A stretch of DNA of 64,000 nt from Candidatus Poribacteria bacterium (lineage in GTDB: Bacteria; Abyssobacteria; SURF-5): contig JACRIR010000135.1 in assembly GCA_016215705.1 (NCBI GenBank), forward strand, positions 3,733-67,732, in the 5' to 3' direction. A program made the translations under genes and the position numbers. Within the stretch, counting starts at the first letter, position 1. The number at the start of each line of letters is the position of its first letter. This document shows positions 63,042 to 64,000 of the stretch, in pieces. The notes beneath the pieces were generated by a model. It worked only from the letters and a program-made list of their open reading frames with translations. It had not been told where the DNA came from and ran no database searches.

Positions 63042-64000
63042 TCAACAAGATTCGCACTTGAGTCCGAATGCGTCTGCTACGCCGTGGTGCATGACCTTGC
63101 CGTACGCCACGTTCACGCCCTTTTTCAGGACGTGGTTATCCGCGACCGCGCGCTCCCAACCTTTGTTCGCTAGCTCGAGGCCGTAGAGGAGCGTGGCGTT
63201 CGTCAGCGCATATGTAGAAGTCCTGGGAACCGCGCCGGGCATATTTGCGACGCAGTAATGAACAACACCCTCCTCGACATATGTCGGGTTTGTGTGTGTA
63301 GTGGGGCGAGTGGTCTCGCAACAGCCGCCCTGGTCGACCGCTATATCCACTAATGCCGAGCCCGGGCGCATGCGCCGAAGCATTTCGCGGGTAACGAGCT
63401 TCGGGGCCTTCGCGCCGGGGATGAGTACCGCTCCTATGACAAGGTCGGCGTAAGCGACCTGCTCTTCGACATTGGCAGGATTCGACATCAAGGTTGACAC
63501 ATGACCCTGCATAATGTCGTGGATGTATCTGAGTCTCCCGAAGTTTATGTCGAGGATGCTCACGCGCGCGCCAATGCCCACGGCCACGGAGCATGCGCTC
63601 GCGCCCGCGATTCCAGCGCCGATGATCACTATTTTCGCAGGGGGCACGCCCGAAACGCCCGGAAGCAGCACCCCGCCGCCTCCGTTCTTGGCCTCGAGGC
63701 AATACGCGCCCATCTGGATTGAAAGGCGTCCGGCTACTTCGCTCATTGGGGCCAGCAGAGGCAGAGAGCCGTCATCGAGCTGTATCGTCTCGTAGGCGAT
63801 GCCGACCACTTTCTTCTTCATCAGGCTCTCTGTCAGATGTCGATCTGCGGCGAGGTGAAGATATGTGAATATCACCTGTCCCTCGCGCATGAGAGGGAAC
63901 TCCGCCTCGAGCGGCTCCTTCACCTTTATAATCATGTCCGCGCGCCGCCACATCTCTTTCACGTCATCACAAATCTTCGCGCCCGCCTCGACGTATGCCT
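63042..64000 (-). CDS. ald: alanine dehydrogenase, 5' end outside window
   Basis: KVKEPLEAEF and the NAD-binding IIGAGIAGASACSVAVGIGARVSILD are present. The frame stays open to base 64000 (..AYVEAGAKICDDVKEMW), so the N-terminus is missing. Confidence 0.9.
   Translation of the reverse strand, partial: AYVEAGAKICDDVKEMWRRADMIIKVKEPLEAEFPLMREGQVIFTYLHLAADRHLTESLMKKKVVGIAYETIQLDDGSLPLLAPMSEVAGRLSIQMGAYCLEAKNGGGGVLLPGVSGVPPAKIVIIGAGIAGASACSVAVGIGARVSILDINFGRLRYIHDIMQGHVSTLMSNPANVEEQVAYADLVIGAVLIPGAKAPKLVTREMLRRMRPGSALVDIAVDQGGCCETTRPTTHTNPTYVEEGVVHYCVANMPGAVPRTSTYALTNATLLYGLELANKGWERAVADNHVLKKGVNVAYGKVMHHGVADAFGLKCESC

Overview
This is a densely coding, moderately GC-rich 64-kb chromosomal window. 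OmpA-type and signal-peptide proteins suggest a diderm bacterium, probably uncultivated. I found no rRNA, tRNA, transposase, integrase, prophage, cas genes or recognisable defence system. The backbone is housekeeping: a PlsC-like acyltransferase, an ArsA-HSP20 ATPase, mfd, the xseA-xseB-ispA-dxs block, rel, the tightly packed mtnA-deoB-cmk-ispH-recJ string, an IlvD/Edd dehydratase, a class-III aminotransferase, a family-4 UDG, hsp20, smc, ftsY, AOR plus a MoaD-like protein, a fused E1 alpha/beta plus E2 2-oxoacid dehydrogenase, an SCP2 protein and ald. The accessory-looking part lies at about 10.4-24.2 kb. It holds an ECF sigma factor and a giant anti-sigma factor, followed by envelope or secreted proteins: a Pmp-like beta-helix protein, an FG-GAP propeller, a secreted TldD-like peptidase, and two FGE-fold paralogues lacking the catalytic Cys pair that bracket a transmembrane FHA protein. 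A MarR gene with a perfect consensus promoter heads a PreA-like Fe-S flavoprotein, amidohydrolase and UROD-like gene string at 25-29.4 kb. The strongest leads are as follows. (1) A single-domain rhodanese gene carries an in-frame TGA inside its active-site loop, followed at SECIS distance by a perfect hairpin with a GGUC-containing loop, making it a candidate selenoprotein. (2) A gapless 103-aa C-terminal module is shared by two otherwise unrelated secreted proteins 33 kb apart. (3) The intergenic DNA holds an unusually rich set of palindromic repeat families. These include GTAG-type REPIN-like doublets, one nested insertion, exact 29-nt periodic arm triplications at two loci, and a four-family mosaic inside the E1-E2 operon spacer. 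(4) A Ser/Thr kinase is fused to a degenerate receiver and a PilZ domain. All calls come from reading the sequence and motifs by eye; no database search was run.
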